The translations under genes were made by a program, and so were the position numbers. A DNA stretch of 64,000 bases, taken from a virus. Where the stretch lies: positions 32,001-96,000 of the IMG/VR virus record IMGVR_UViG_3300035698_026135. One strand, written 5' to 3'. Below the pieces are notes generated by a model that ran no database searches, was not told the origin of the DNA, and saw only the letters and a program-made list of their open reading frames with translations. Of the stretch, positions 10,157 through 19,918 are shown piece by piece; position 1 is the stretch's first letter, and each line of letters begins with the position of its first letter.

Positions 10157-11287
10157 ATGAAAAAATTCGATCTAAACAAAGATGTAATCTATACCTTCGG
10201 AACGATAACAGCTAACGAAAGATTTGGCTTCGAAGGACAAGGAAATTTCTTCGAGGAAGAATTTAAATACCACCGCGAATACAACTCGTCAGGTTGGACT
10301 GTCGGAAATATCTCAGGAGCGTATTACGTTTCTTGTTTTGACACCTTTCGCTCTGGAACGCTCAATCCATCTCGCCAGGGAGATCTTTCGTTCGGCGTGA
10401 GCGTTTCGTCCTCCATTGCTAGTGCTGCTGGTCAAGAGGCGGGAACCGTAAATTATTTTCCTCAAAAATTAAAAAACTATAGGAGGCATTCACAACTTGT
10501 TTTGGGTGACCCTAATAAGATTTTTAGCTTCAACGGAATTCCAAAAAACGAATTAATTTTTATAAGTTTTCCCCGCTCAAGGGTCTGGGATGGAATAAAG
10601 CCAGGATCATTTGTTTTGCATGCTCGATACTCGGGATCATTTGGCGACGGAGCACGGAAGGCCGGCTTCAATCCCTTCGGGAGCGAAAGGCAGATGCGCG
10701 ATGTACCTTCCGAAGTCATCACTCGTCAAGGCCGCAAGGGAGACATCTACCTAAACACCGACGACGACGGGCAACCGCGAGACCCAGATTACGCAGCAGA
10801 CTCTTTGGAAATCGCCGCCCAAATATATTATGACATCGGCCTCTTGGTGGTTGATCCAACAAAGGTTGGGTTCTCCAGTTCTTTTAGTAAGGATGACTGG
10901 TATCAATCCGGGACAGTTTCGGCATCATATGGAGAACTCGTTTCGAACATTAGCTCTTCAAACACGGGTCTCGAAGAATTGTATACGGCGATGGCCGCAA
11001 GATTTGGATTATTTCAATACGAGAAACAGAGCAAGGTGGCCCAAACCTTCTATATTTGTAAGGCTGATCGCGGAGAATTTTGTTATTCGCCAAATCCCAG
11101 CTTTACCGCAGACGACGGAAGTATCATTACCGTCTCCGGCACACAAAATTTTTCTCCATCAGCCTATATCACTAGGATCGGCCTCTTAGGAGAAAACCAA
11201 GAGACTTTAGCTGTTGCAAATCTCAGTAAGCCGGTAGAAAAAACCTTCGACAACAACGTAGAGATACTTGTGAGGCTAGATTATTAA
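10157..11287 (+). CDS. Baseplate/tail structural protein, paralog family member 2
   Basis: EFCYSPNPSF..YITRIGL..LSKPVEK..VRLDY. Confidence 0.6.
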   Translation: MKKFDLNKDVIYTFGTITANERFGFEGQGNFFEEEFKYHREYNSSGWTVGNISGAYYVSCFDTFRSGTLNPSRQGDLSFGVSVSSSIASAAGQEAGTVNYFPQKLKNYRRHSQLVLGDPNKIFSFNGIPKNELIFISFPRSRVWDGIKPGSFVLHARYSGSFGDGARKAGFNPFGSERQMRDVPSEVITRQGRKGDIYLNTDDDGQPRDPDYAADSLEIAAQIYYDIGLLVVDPTKVGFSSSFSKDDWYQSGTVSASYGELVSNISSSNTGLEELYTAMAARFGLFQYEKQSKVAQTFYICKADRGEFCYSPNPSFTADDGSIITVSGTQNFSPSAYITRIGLLGENQETLAVANLSKPVEKTFDNNVEILVRLDY

Positions 11288-12138
11288 TGTCCTTCTTTAA
11301 ACTCAGAGATTGCGATGTTATATCAACATCGTATACCGCCCATCCTAATTATGACGTCAATATGTCGGGCGCAAATATTGTAACCGATATTTTTGGATCT
11401 GATCCTTACACCATCTTTAACTCCACGTCTGTTGGGCACCAGAGAACCTTTCAAGACCTTGAAGGAAACACTGTCACTGGATCTTACAACCTAACTGGGA
11501 ACGTCCTCTTTCTTTCTTCTGATATATTGAGCGGCTCCGAAAAACGATCTCTAAGTAGACTAAAGGACATATATGGATCGTCTTCCTTCGTTAAGACAGA
11601 AAATTATTTATCATCGGCGATCTTTAATCCTGCAACAGGAATAGAAGATGAAACGATTCATATCGTCAACATCCCGCAGGTTTTATATGGATCTCAACTT
11701 AAAGGCGGGAGTATAAACATCACAACAAACGGCGGTCAAAAATATCACGATGACTCCTATGGCGGCGTTTTTTCTGGCTCTCTACTTGTTGGTTCTGTTT
11801 TTTATCAACACGGAATCATCCTATTAGGGAGAAAATTTACAACAGGCGGCATTGTTGGTATTTCCGCTTCGTTCAGCGGAACCCACAAGATACCCCTAAA
11901 TCTATATCTCTGCCGTGCCGAAAAGGGCGAACTAAATTTTTCGCAAAACACCTCTTATGTTGAGTTGGTCACCGGATCGAATTATGAAGAGACTTCCACG
12001 ACCAGACCTAAGACGTTCATAACGGGCGTCGGACTTTACGATGAAGATTATAAACTCGTTGGCGTGGCCAAGGTGTCAACGCCCATCCTAAACGAAGAAG
12101 ATACAAATATACTTTTTAAATTAAAATTGGTATTTTAA
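11287..12138 (+). CDS. Baseplate/tail structural protein, paralog family member 3
   Basis: ELNFSQNTSY..FITGVGLY..VSTPILN..LKLVF. Confidence 0.6.
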   Translation: MSFFKLRDCDVISTSYTAHPNYDVNMSGANIVTDIFGSDPYTIFNSTSVGHQRTFQDLEGNTVTGSYNLTGNVLFLSSDILSGSEKRSLSRLKDIYGSSSFVKTENYLSSAIFNPATGIEDETIHIVNIPQVLYGSQLKGGSINITTNGGQKYHDDSYGGVFSGSLLVGSVFYQHGIILLGRKFTTGGIVGISASFSGTHKIPLNLYLCRAEKGELNFSQNTSYVELVTGSNYEETSTTRPKTFITGVGLYDEDYKLVGVAKVSTPILNEEDTNILFKLKLVF

Positions 12139-12671
12139 TGTTTTTGGGCCTGGATATAAGCACAACGACCGTAGGATGGTCTATCTTAGGAAAAGACGGA
12201 AGCCTCGTCGATTACGGACATATCACCTTTTCGAAAAAACTCGGCACGGACCTCCTCTTGAAGATGGACTACTTCTCTGAAGTGTTTTCGAAGATCCTAG
12301 ATCAATACTCCGACAAGATAGATCATTGGGCAGTAGAAGCAGCCGTCAAAAAATTCCAAGGCGGACTATCCACAGCAAACACCATCTATGTCTGTGCATC
12401 TTTCAATTTTGGCGTGACACACTACGTTTACAGCCGCCTGAGAAAGGCTCCCTTATATATTCCGGTATCCACCGCCAGGAAGACGGTTGGAGTCAAAGTT
12501 CCGAGAGGGCTTGACACTTACCATAAAAAAGCACATATTGTAGATTGGTGCATGGCCAAGTTTTCAAATTTCAGCGTCGAGTATACACGAACAGCCCGCT
12601 ACAAGCCCTACATGGGAGACATGGCTGATGCCATAGTCATAGCAGAATCGTCAAGGTTGATGAATGAGTGA
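12138..12671 (+). CDS. ruvC: RuvC-like Holliday junction resolvase
   Basis: LGLDISTTTVGW, AVE and DMADA acidic catalytic motifs; 177 aa. Confidence 0.8.
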   Translation: MFLGLDISTTTVGWSILGKDGSLVDYGHITFSKKLGTDLLLKMDYFSEVFSKILDQYSDKIDHWAVEAAVKKFQGGLSTANTIYVCASFNFGVTHYVYSRLRKAPLYIPVSTARKTVGVKVPRGLDTYHKKAHIVDWCMAKFSNFSVEYTRTARYKPYMGDMADAIVIAESSRLMNE

Positions 12672-13599
12672 TGTAGTTTTTGAGCAACGCGTTGAGATAA
12701 TAAAAGAGATTTTCGGAAGTTGTTACTACAACAGGAACAACAACGAAGCTGTGGTGTACTGCCCTGAGCATTCTCACCACAAAAGGAAGCTATCGATCAA
12801 CGTAGAGAAGAATTCTTATCGCTGTTGGGTGTGTGGCCTCGGAGGCTATAAGATATACGGACTTCTGTCTAAGTATGCTTCCTACGACCAAAAGAAGAGA
12901 TACCTAGAGACTCTCGGACAGAAGATAAGAACCTGGGACGAAGAGGAAGCGGTAGAGCTGAGGCTTCCAGATGACTATAAATTCGTTCTAAATCAAAGTA
13001 GTCCTACCGCCCTGGCGGCCCTATCGCTGCTGAGAAACGAGTTAAATCTCGACGACAATACAATCATACAAAACAAGATAGGGTTCTGCGAAGAGGGCAT
13101 GTATCAAGGAAGGGTTCTCTTCCCCTCATTTGACTCCGAAGGAAAACTGAACTACTTTATCACAAGGAAGGTGTTTTCCGACAGCGGAAAGAAATATCTC
13201 GATTGCGCCGCCGAAAAGAAGTCTGTAATATACAACGAGATATTCTTAGACTGGTCTAAGCCTATAATTTTAGTAGAGTCGACAAAGACATACCTGAGAC
13301 ACTTTATGGTACCAAACGTAATACCCCTAATGGGAACAAAGATAGACGAGAGAAATAGATCCTTCCAGGAGATCATTTTGAGAGATTGCCCAAAAGTCTA
13401 TATTGCGTTCGATGCAGACGCCAAACAACATTCTTTGAATTTGGTGAAAAAGTTTAAATCGTATGGAATCGAATGCAGACATGCAAGCCCAGAGGGCAGG
13501 TTGGACTCTATGCCTACAACATCCTTCTTGAGATGCCTCAAGGAATCTAAATCTTTTGATCTCGACGGTCTTTTATTAGAAAGAATGAGAGGAATATAG
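12664..13599 (+). CDS. DNA primase (Zn finger + TOPRIM)
   Basis: CPEH..CWVC zinc finger; RVLFP; ILVE and FDADA TOPRIM motifs. Confidence 0.8.
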   Translation: MSDVVFEQRVEIIKEIFGSCYYNRNNNEAVVYCPEHSHHKRKLSINVEKNSYRCWVCGLGGYKIYGLLSKYASYDQKKRYLETLGQKIRTWDEEEAVELRLPDDYKFVLNQSSPTALAALSLLRNELNLDDNTIIQNKIGFCEEGMYQGRVLFPSFDSEGKLNYFITRKVFSDSGKKYLDCAAEKKSVIYNEIFLDWSKPIILVESTKTYLRHFMVPNVIPLMGTKIDERNRSFQEIILRDCPKVYIAFDADAKQHSLNLVKKFKSYGIECRHASPEGRLDSMPTTSFLRCLKESKSFDLDGLLLERMRGI

Positions 13600-13600
13600 A

Positions 13601-16600
13601 ATGAAAATTGCCGCTATTGCTGATGTCCATATTCGCGCTCTCGAATATCTCGATGAGATGGAATATACTTTTGATCGCCTTTACGAATCTCTAGAGAGGG
13701 AATCCGTGGATCTTGTTGTCATCTGCGGTGACCTCTTCCATAACAAGCTTACTGCAACTCACGAATATTTTGATTGTGCCTTCCGATTTCTTAAGACTCT
13801 TAGTGACAAATATGAGACGGTTGTCATCCCTGGAAATCACGACCTAGCCCTTTCGAATAGAGATCGTCTCGACGCAATCACTCCGGTCGTCCAAGCTGTC
13901 AATAGCCCCAATCTTCACTATTTCCTTACGTCGAAGGAAACTTTCACAAAAGACTTTAATGGTCAACGCTTTGTGTTTCATCACTTTTCGATCATTGATA
14001 AAAAGTCTGACTGGCCTGACTATGAAAATATAATCAAACACAAGGAAGATAGCGTGCACATCGCCCTCTACCATGGAGATATTGATGGTGCGTGCTACGA
14101 CAACGGCTGGGTCAGTAGGGGAAACAAGGATGAAATAAAAATCTTTTCAGGATTTGACTTTGCTATGCTTGGAGACCTTCATAAATACCAGATGTTGACC
14201 GATCGCATTGGCTACCCTGGCTCCCTAAGACAGAATAACTTTGGAGAACTGGAACTCCGAAAGGGATATCTGCTGTGGGACATAGAATCTAAGGAGGAGT
14301 TTTCCGTCAAGAGATCCGTCCTCCCACAGAAGAGGCACTTCTATACCATAAACGTGGATCCCAAAGAGGGAATCCCTAAAGACCTCGACATCAAAAAGGA
14401 TAGTCGGATTAGAGTTGTTCTCACTGCTCGTGCCACCATCTCTGAAGACCTAAAGATTCGAGAGGAAGTAAAAAATAAATTTCTTCCCTCTGGAGAGATC
14501 TCTGTGATTCCTCCCAAGGATGTGGTTCCTCTCGGCGATATCGAGATAGGAGACGAACAGATACCCCAAGGAAATCTAAGGGATTCTTTGACCCAAAAGA
14601 AGCTCATTGAAGACTATTTTTCCGGCCAAGGATTCGACGAAAAGACCATCAAAGGAGTTTGTGACCTTGATCAATTATATAATGGAGAATTGAACTCTGA
14701 CATCCTTAGGGATGTTATTTGGAAGCCCAAGAAATTATCCTTCAATAACATGTTCTCCTACGGCAAGAGTAATTCGATTGATTTTTCGAAAATAAATGGC
14801 CTCGTTGGAATCCTGGGCAAGAACGCTACAGGAAAGTCTTCTGTGATTGAGTCTCTGTGCTACACGATATTCAACAAGATCAACAAAGAGGGCGCCAACA
14901 AGAATGCAGACTATATCAATTCGAAAAAGCGCAAGTGTTCCACGAAGCTAGAGGTTAACTTTGGTGGAGAGGATTACTTCATCGAGCGGTCAACTTCTAA
15001 ATCTAAGTCCTCAAAAACCCCGCCAGTGAATGAGGTTAACTTCTATAAAAAGAGCGAAGGGAAAACATTGTCCCTGAACGGGGAAGACAAGCCATCTACC
15101 AACGCCGCCATCAGATCCATCTTCGGGGACCTGGGAGACTTCGTAACGACCTCTCTGAGCCCACAGGAGGGCCTAATCGAGTTCCTCAAGACCAGAGGTA
15201 CGGACAAAAAGAAGATATTTGCCAAATTTTTAGATCTTGAGATATTTGAGAAGAAATGTAAGTTTGCGGAGTTGGACTACTCTGAACTCAAGTCTAAGGC
15301 AAAAGAATATTCGAACGTGGATTTCTTTCAGGAACTCATATCCCTCAGAGAAAGTAAGTTAGAGATCGATTTATCCACGAAGGAGTCGGTCAAACAAAGG
15401 GACGACCTAAGAAAGCGAGTTGAAAATACATCTTCCAGGATTATCGATAGATCAAGCCATATCAAAGATATTGATTTTGACGTTTCTGCTACTGAGGATT
15501 CCATAAATTCTCTCATCGAAAGAAATCAGAGCGACATCGAATCAACAAAGAGTAGGCTAAAAACATTGAGCGCTGCTACCGAAGGCTTCGAATCGCTCTT
15601 GGCAAACGTCGATAGCCACAATGCGAAAATCGAAGAGATAAACGAAAAACTAAACGGAATCTCTTTGGTTGAGTCAAAAATCAAAGAAAAGAAAAAGAAG
15701 CTCAAAACCCTCGATATTGTTCCTTGTGGAGATGAATATCCCTCCTGTCCTTTTATAATCGAATCCCACCAGGCGAAGGCGGATCTCCGCCAGTTTGATG
15801 AGTCTCGTTTGGATGTGAAGGGAGACCTCAGGATCGAACTGGAATCTTTCAAGGAGTTGGTTGCCGAAGCCAGAGGAAAAAAAGACCAAGCATCGGAGGT
15901 GCCCGTATTGAGCGTGAAGCTTGAGAATTTAAACCTCAAGAGAGATCAGCTCATATCTCAACTTAAATCTTTTCAGAAAAATAAAGATCTGATCATTGAG
16001 AACAAACACACCATTGACGATATTAATAATCTGAAAAAGGAAAAAGAAAAACTAAATCAGGAGCTATGGGCAACAGAAGAGAAAATACTCGACCTTGCTC
16101 GCCGCCAAGAAAACAAAAATAGAGACATACTAGACTGTGAGACAACACAGGAGAAGATTGAGAAGGTCAGAGTTTCCATAAAGAGTTACGAACTCTACCT
16201 CAAAGCAATGGGAAAGAATGGAATTTCTTATAGGATTATATCTCAGAGGCTCCCCGCAATCAATGAAGAGATCAATAGAATCCTGAGCAATGTCGCAACC
16301 TTTAGCATTCTTATTGACGATGATCAGAAGTCTAAGAGCATACAGATCTATCTATATGACGAAGAGAAGGGAAAGAGAACTATGGAGCTTGGGTCGGGTT
16401 TCGAGAAGACGATGGTCTCGCTGGCTATCAGAGCTGCCCTCTGGAACATCTCTTCTCTACCAAAGGCTCCGATACTGATTCTGGACGAGCCATTCGGGTT
16501 TATTGAAGAAGATAAAATTTCTGCTACAATAAGAATGCTGAAGTATTTAAAGAACTACTTTACTCATATCTTTATCATCAGTCATGATGTTAATATGAAA

Positions 16601-16669
16601 AACATCGTAGATTCTACGATCTATATCGAAAAAGGAGATGATGGCTTTGCTACTTGTAGGGTGTCATAA
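13601..16669 (+). CDS. SbcD/Mre11 nuclease fused to SbcC/Rad50 ATPase (gp47-gp46-like)
   Basis: DVH, GD, GNHD, GDLH phosphoesterase motifs; Walker A GKNATGKS; coiled coil; SGFEK signature; ILDE Walker B; ISH. Confidence 0.9.
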   Translation: MKIAAIADVHIRALEYLDEMEYTFDRLYESLERESVDLVVICGDLFHNKLTATHEYFDCAFRFLKTLSDKYETVVIPGNHDLALSNRDRLDAITPVVQAVNSPNLHYFLTSKETFTKDFNGQRFVFHHFSIIDKKSDWPDYENIIKHKEDSVHIALYHGDIDGACYDNGWVSRGNKDEIKIFSGFDFAMLGDLHKYQMLTDRIGYPGSLRQNNFGELELRKGYLLWDIESKEEFSVKRSVLPQKRHFYTINVDPKEGIPKDLDIKKDSRIRVVLTARATISEDLKIREEVKNKFLPSGEISVIPPKDVVPLGDIEIGDEQIPQGNLRDSLTQKKLIEDYFSGQGFDEKTIKGVCDLDQLYNGELNSDILRDVIWKPKKLSFNNMFSYGKSNSIDFSKINGLVGILGKNATGKSSVIESLCYTIFNKINKEGANKNADYINSKKRKCSTKLEVNFGGEDYFIERSTSKSKSSKTPPVNEVNFYKKSEGKTLSLNGEDKPSTNAAIRSIFGDLGDFVTTSLSPQEGLIEFLKTRGTDKKKIFAKFLDLEIFEKKCKFAELDYSELKSKAKEYSNVDFFQELISLRESKLEIDLSTKESVKQRDDLRKRVENTSSRIIDRSSHIKDIDFDVSATEDSINSLIERNQSDIESTKSRLKTLSAATEGFESLLANVDSHNAKIEEINEKLNGISLVESKIKEKKKKLKTLDIVPCGDEYPSCPFIIESHQAKADLRQFDESRLDVKGDLRIELESFKELVAEARGKKDQASEVPVLSVKLENLNLKRDQLISQLKSFQKNKDLIIENKHTIDDINNLKKEKEKLNQELWATEEKILDLARRQENKNRDILDCETTQEKIEKVRVSIKSYELYLKAMGKNGISYRIISQRLPAINEEINRILSNVATFSILIDDDQKSKSIQIYLYDEEKGKRTMELGSGFEKTMVSLAIRAALWNISSLPKAPILILDEPFGFIEEDKISATIRMLKYLKNYFTHIFIISHDVNMKNIVDSTIYIEKGDDGFATCRVS

Positions 16670-16674
16670 AAATT

Positions 16675-17466
16675 ATGTCTAAATTAAACATTGACTGGAA
16701 GAGTATTATTATAGCAATAGTGGTCGCCGCCCTTGGGGCCTTTGGCCTGAGTTCGTTTTTGCGAGCCAACAAAGAGGCCGAGAAGCGAGTTGAGGCTCAA
16801 AATAAGATTGCACAAATGAGTGAAATCTTTCAGGAGTCAGAAAACGTCTGGTCTCGTCTCGCACAACAAAGAAAAGATCTTTCCGACATTCTCCGCCTGG
16901 AAAACGAAGGACTCGCAGACAAAATCGAAGAACGCGATGAGCACATATCAAATCTAATGTTTGCCGTTGGCAAATTTAAATCGATTAAAGTCATAGTCAA
17001 GAGAGAAAATGTCGATCAAACCACAAAGGATGACAGGACCAGGGTAGATTTTGACGAGACGTGGAATGAGTTCATTAGAATCAGTGGCCACACCCTAACC
17101 GACCCCCCAGAAGCAGAGCTGAGCCTGGACTGGTTGCGCCCTGCAAACTTTAAGGTCGTGACAACGCAGCTTGACGATCTGAGCTGGAAGCATTATCTAG
17201 AGTCTGACATCCCCAATTTAGAAATTGGAGAAATTGATGGGTATGTAAACCCTAAAGTTCGAAATAATAAAAGCATACTTAACGGAGTAATCCTTGGAGG
17301 AGCCCTCCAAACATCCTCAGCCCTCGATTCACTCAACGCGAACATCTTTGGGCTATATGAATTTGGTGGAGAAATCGGTATCGGACCTGTTATCGGCGTC
17401 GCCACCATCGAAGATAAGTCCAGATTTAATTTTGGGCTACAATTTCAATGGAGGCCTTGGGACTGA
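16675..17466 (+). CDS. Membrane protein, spanin-like candidate
   Basis: N-terminal hydrophobic helix, coiled coil, C-terminal amphipathic beta-strands ending FGLQFQWRPWD. Confidence 0.45.
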   Translation: MSKLNIDWKSIIIAIVVAALGAFGLSSFLRANKEAEKRVEAQNKIAQMSEIFQESENVWSRLAQQRKDLSDILRLENEGLADKIEERDEHISNLMFAVGKFKSIKVIVKRENVDQTTKDDRTRVDFDETWNEFIRISGHTLTDPPEAELSLDWLRPANFKVVTTQLDDLSWKHYLESDIPNLEIGEIDGYVNPKVRNNKSILNGVILGGALQTSSALDSLNANIFGLYEFGGEIGIGPVIGVATIEDKSRFNFGLQFQWRPWD

Positions 17467-17729
17467 TGAAAAAAATAGAACTAGAAGAAAGAGAAGAGCG
17501 GGTCACGCAAGAGGATCGGGATGCATATAAAATTCCCTTTGCTTGCTATGGGTGCAATTCACTAATGTATAACTGGGACCGTAGATGGTTCTATAAACAT
17601 GGAGTATGCGCAGATTGCTCTATAGAATATATAGAGGATAGAGATTTGTCAGAAGATTTATTGAGAGATCGCCCTAAGTTATTGGCGTATGTCAAAGAAA
17701 AAATAACCGAAAGAAAGAAAAAAGAATAA
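17448..17729 (+). CDS. Small zinc-binding protein (start probably ATG 17466)
   Basis: CYGC...CADC; TGATG overlap with the upstream stop. Confidence 0.55.
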   Translation: MEALGLMKKIELEEREERVTQEDRDAYKIPFACYGCNSLMYNWDRRWFYKHGVCADCSIEYIEDRDLSEDLLRDRPKLLAYVKEKITERKKKE

Positions 17730-17754
17730 GTATAGGTATAAATGGAGATTTAAT

Positions 17755-18252
17755 ATGTCTAAACCCCACACAATCACAAAGTTTAAAGAGATGCCCAGAG
17801 AGTTTGTTTACGAACAGGGCAAGGATTTGTCGTCCGTTCTGCACAATATCGTAGTAGATATTCGAGAAGAGGCCGATCAAGCCATGGTCAATGATTGGAG
17901 TATTTCTCCAAGCCAATTAAAGGCCTGCCACGTAAAAGTTCATGGAACAGGAGATCTTCCGAAGGTTGAACTCAGAGTTTCCGAGATGCACGGTGGATAT
18001 TTGGGAGATTTAGCTAACCCCCAGGAGCTTTCCAGGCGCGGAACAGAGACTCTGAAATTGCTTGGTAAATTTGAAAAGGATCTCAAGAAGAAATTCAAAG
18101 AAAGATCCGGTAAGACTCTCTCCCTATCGAAAGGAAAACCCCATGTAGATTGGCAATTAGTCGCAGCAAACGGCCTTTATCAATTTATTGCAACGAAAGT
18201 TTGTGATGTAAAGACGGCGATGCCGGGCCACACATGGGACAAAGACGAGTAA
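17755..18252 (+). CDS. Hypothetical protein upstream of terminase
   Basis: GGAG RBS; fills the gap on the + strand. Confidence 0.6.
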   Translation: MSKPHTITKFKEMPREFVYEQGKDLSSVLHNIVVDIREEADQAMVNDWSISPSQLKACHVKVHGTGDLPKVELRVSEMHGGYLGDLANPQELSRRGTETLKLLGKFEKDLKKKFKERSGKTLSLSKGKPHVDWQLVAANGLYQFIATKVCDVKTAMPGHTWDKDE

Positions 18253-18267
18253 GAGGCTCTTCATCGT

Positions 18268-19917
18268 TTGTCGAAAGAAATACTAAAAAACGACGCCATC
18301 AAAGAAGTTCTTAGATGTTCCAGAGACCCAGTTTATTTCATAAACAATTATTGTAAAATCAAGCACCCCCATCGCGGCTTGGTCACCTTTAAACTCTACG
18401 AATATCAAGAAGAGGCAATCCATAACTTCTTGACTTATGACAAAAACATTGTCAATAAATCAAGGCAGTTGGGGTATTCTACATTGCTGGGCGCATTTAT
18501 CGCCTGGCTTATCTTATTTCATAAAGATAAAGAGGTTTTGGTCGTTGCGACAAAGAAGGACGTCTCAACAAATCTTCTGAAGAAGGTTAAATTGATCTTA
18601 AAACACCTTCCCGACTGGATGTATCTTGCTGATATTACGACCAATCAGGCTCATACCCTCGCTTTGAGCAACGGCTCGTCTATGAAGTCTATACCGCGCT
18701 CTGATGACGCCGGACGCTCTGAGTCACTGGCGCTGCTTGTGATCGACGAAGCGGCTCATATCCGTGATATGGACGAGTTATGGAAAGGTTTGGCCTCGAC
18801 AGTAGCAACAGGAGGTAAGGCAATTGCTCTTAGTACGCCCAAGGGCGTTGGTAATTGGTTCTATCACTATTGCAGAGGCGCAAAGTCAAAAGAATTAGCA
18901 TGGAATTATCAAGAAGTTCCGTGGTGGCATAACCCCGATTATGCCCTGGGTCTCGAAGATGATGCCAACGTGCCTGGAGGAAAGACTTCGCCATGGTTCA
19001 GGGAAATGACAGAGGGTTGGTCAAACCAGCAGATCGCTCAAGAGCTTCTGGTCAGCTTCACAGAAACCGGAGATACATATTTTGAGCCATCAACAATAGA
19101 ACAGTATGACAACGCTTCTATCGAACCAATAGAAAGAAAGGGTTTTGACAAAGGTCTTTGGATTTATAAACTCCCAGGGAAAGATGATAAATTTATTTTG
19201 TCAGCAGACGTTGCAAGCGGAACCGCAGAGGACAATAGTTCATTTGTCGTGATGGAAATTAAGGAAATGGAGATCTTTGCCGAATTCAAAGGAAAGATAT
19301 CCCCAGATGTTTTTGGCGAATATATTGTTAACGAAATTTGCCCGACCTATAATAGCCCTTTGGTTGTCGTAGAAAATAATAGTATTGGAATGGTAACTGC
19401 TTTTACTATGAGAAACTTAGATTATAAAAATTTGGCCTACATAGACGAAAAAAGTGGAAAACTTGTAGATAAGTGGTATGCTGAATATAACGACATTCAA
19501 CCTGGATGGCGAACAACTGCAAAAAATAGACCTATAATACTACAAAAATTAGAAGAGTTCCTAAGAAAAGGTCTCATTAAGTCTTATTCTAAGAGAATGG
19601 CTAGCGAGATGCTTTCTTTTGTCTGGAAAAGCGGAAAACCTCAAGCGAGAAAAGGAGAGAACGACGATTTAATTATGGCTTTAGCTATAGCTGTTTGGAT
19701 GCACGAATCCTATTTTGCCCATACCTCATCTGGAAGCGACGTTGCGTCTATGTACGATGCTGTAATAATAAACAGCAATTCGGCATCAGAGAGAATTCCA
19801 AATAGTGGAAATAGAGTAGAATTAGAAAAACAAAGAATTCGTAAGATTGTAGACAATCAATCTAACTTAAGAGTGGGCAACAGCATAATTAATCTAGATT
19901 GGATCTATAAACAATAA
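18268..19917 (+). CDS. terL: Terminase large subunit (T4 gp17-like)
   Basis: DPVYFINNY, KSRQLG, VIDEAAH, STPKG, ADVASG, VENN, DDLIMA motifs. Confidence 0.95.
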   Translation: MSKEILKNDAIKEVLRCSRDPVYFINNYCKIKHPHRGLVTFKLYEYQEEAIHNFLTYDKNIVNKSRQLGYSTLLGAFIAWLILFHKDKEVLVVATKKDVSTNLLKKVKLILKHLPDWMYLADITTNQAHTLALSNGSSMKSIPRSDDAGRSESLALLVIDEAAHIRDMDELWKGLASTVATGGKAIALSTPKGVGNWFYHYCRGAKSKELAWNYQEVPWWHNPDYALGLEDDANVPGGKTSPWFREMTEGWSNQQIAQELLVSFTETGDTYFEPSTIEQYDNASIEPIERKGFDKGLWIYKLPGKDDKFILSADVASGTAEDNSSFVVMEIKEMEIFAEFKGKISPDVFGEYIVNEICPTYNSPLVVVENNSIGMVTAFTMRNLDYKNLAYIDEKSGKLVDKWYAEYNDIQPGWRTTAKNRPIILQKLEEFLRKGLIKSYSKRMASEMLSFVWKSGKPQARKGENDDLIMALAIAVWMHESYFAHTSSGSDVASMYDAVIINSNSASERIPNSGNRVELEKQRIRKIVDNQSNLRVGNSIINLDWIYKQ

Positions 19918-19918
19918 T

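Noticed and set aside
13270-13300. Primase inactivated because TOPRIM reads VESTKT rather than VEGxxD
   Set aside because: The Glu, DxD and zinc finger remain; divergence alone does not show loss of function
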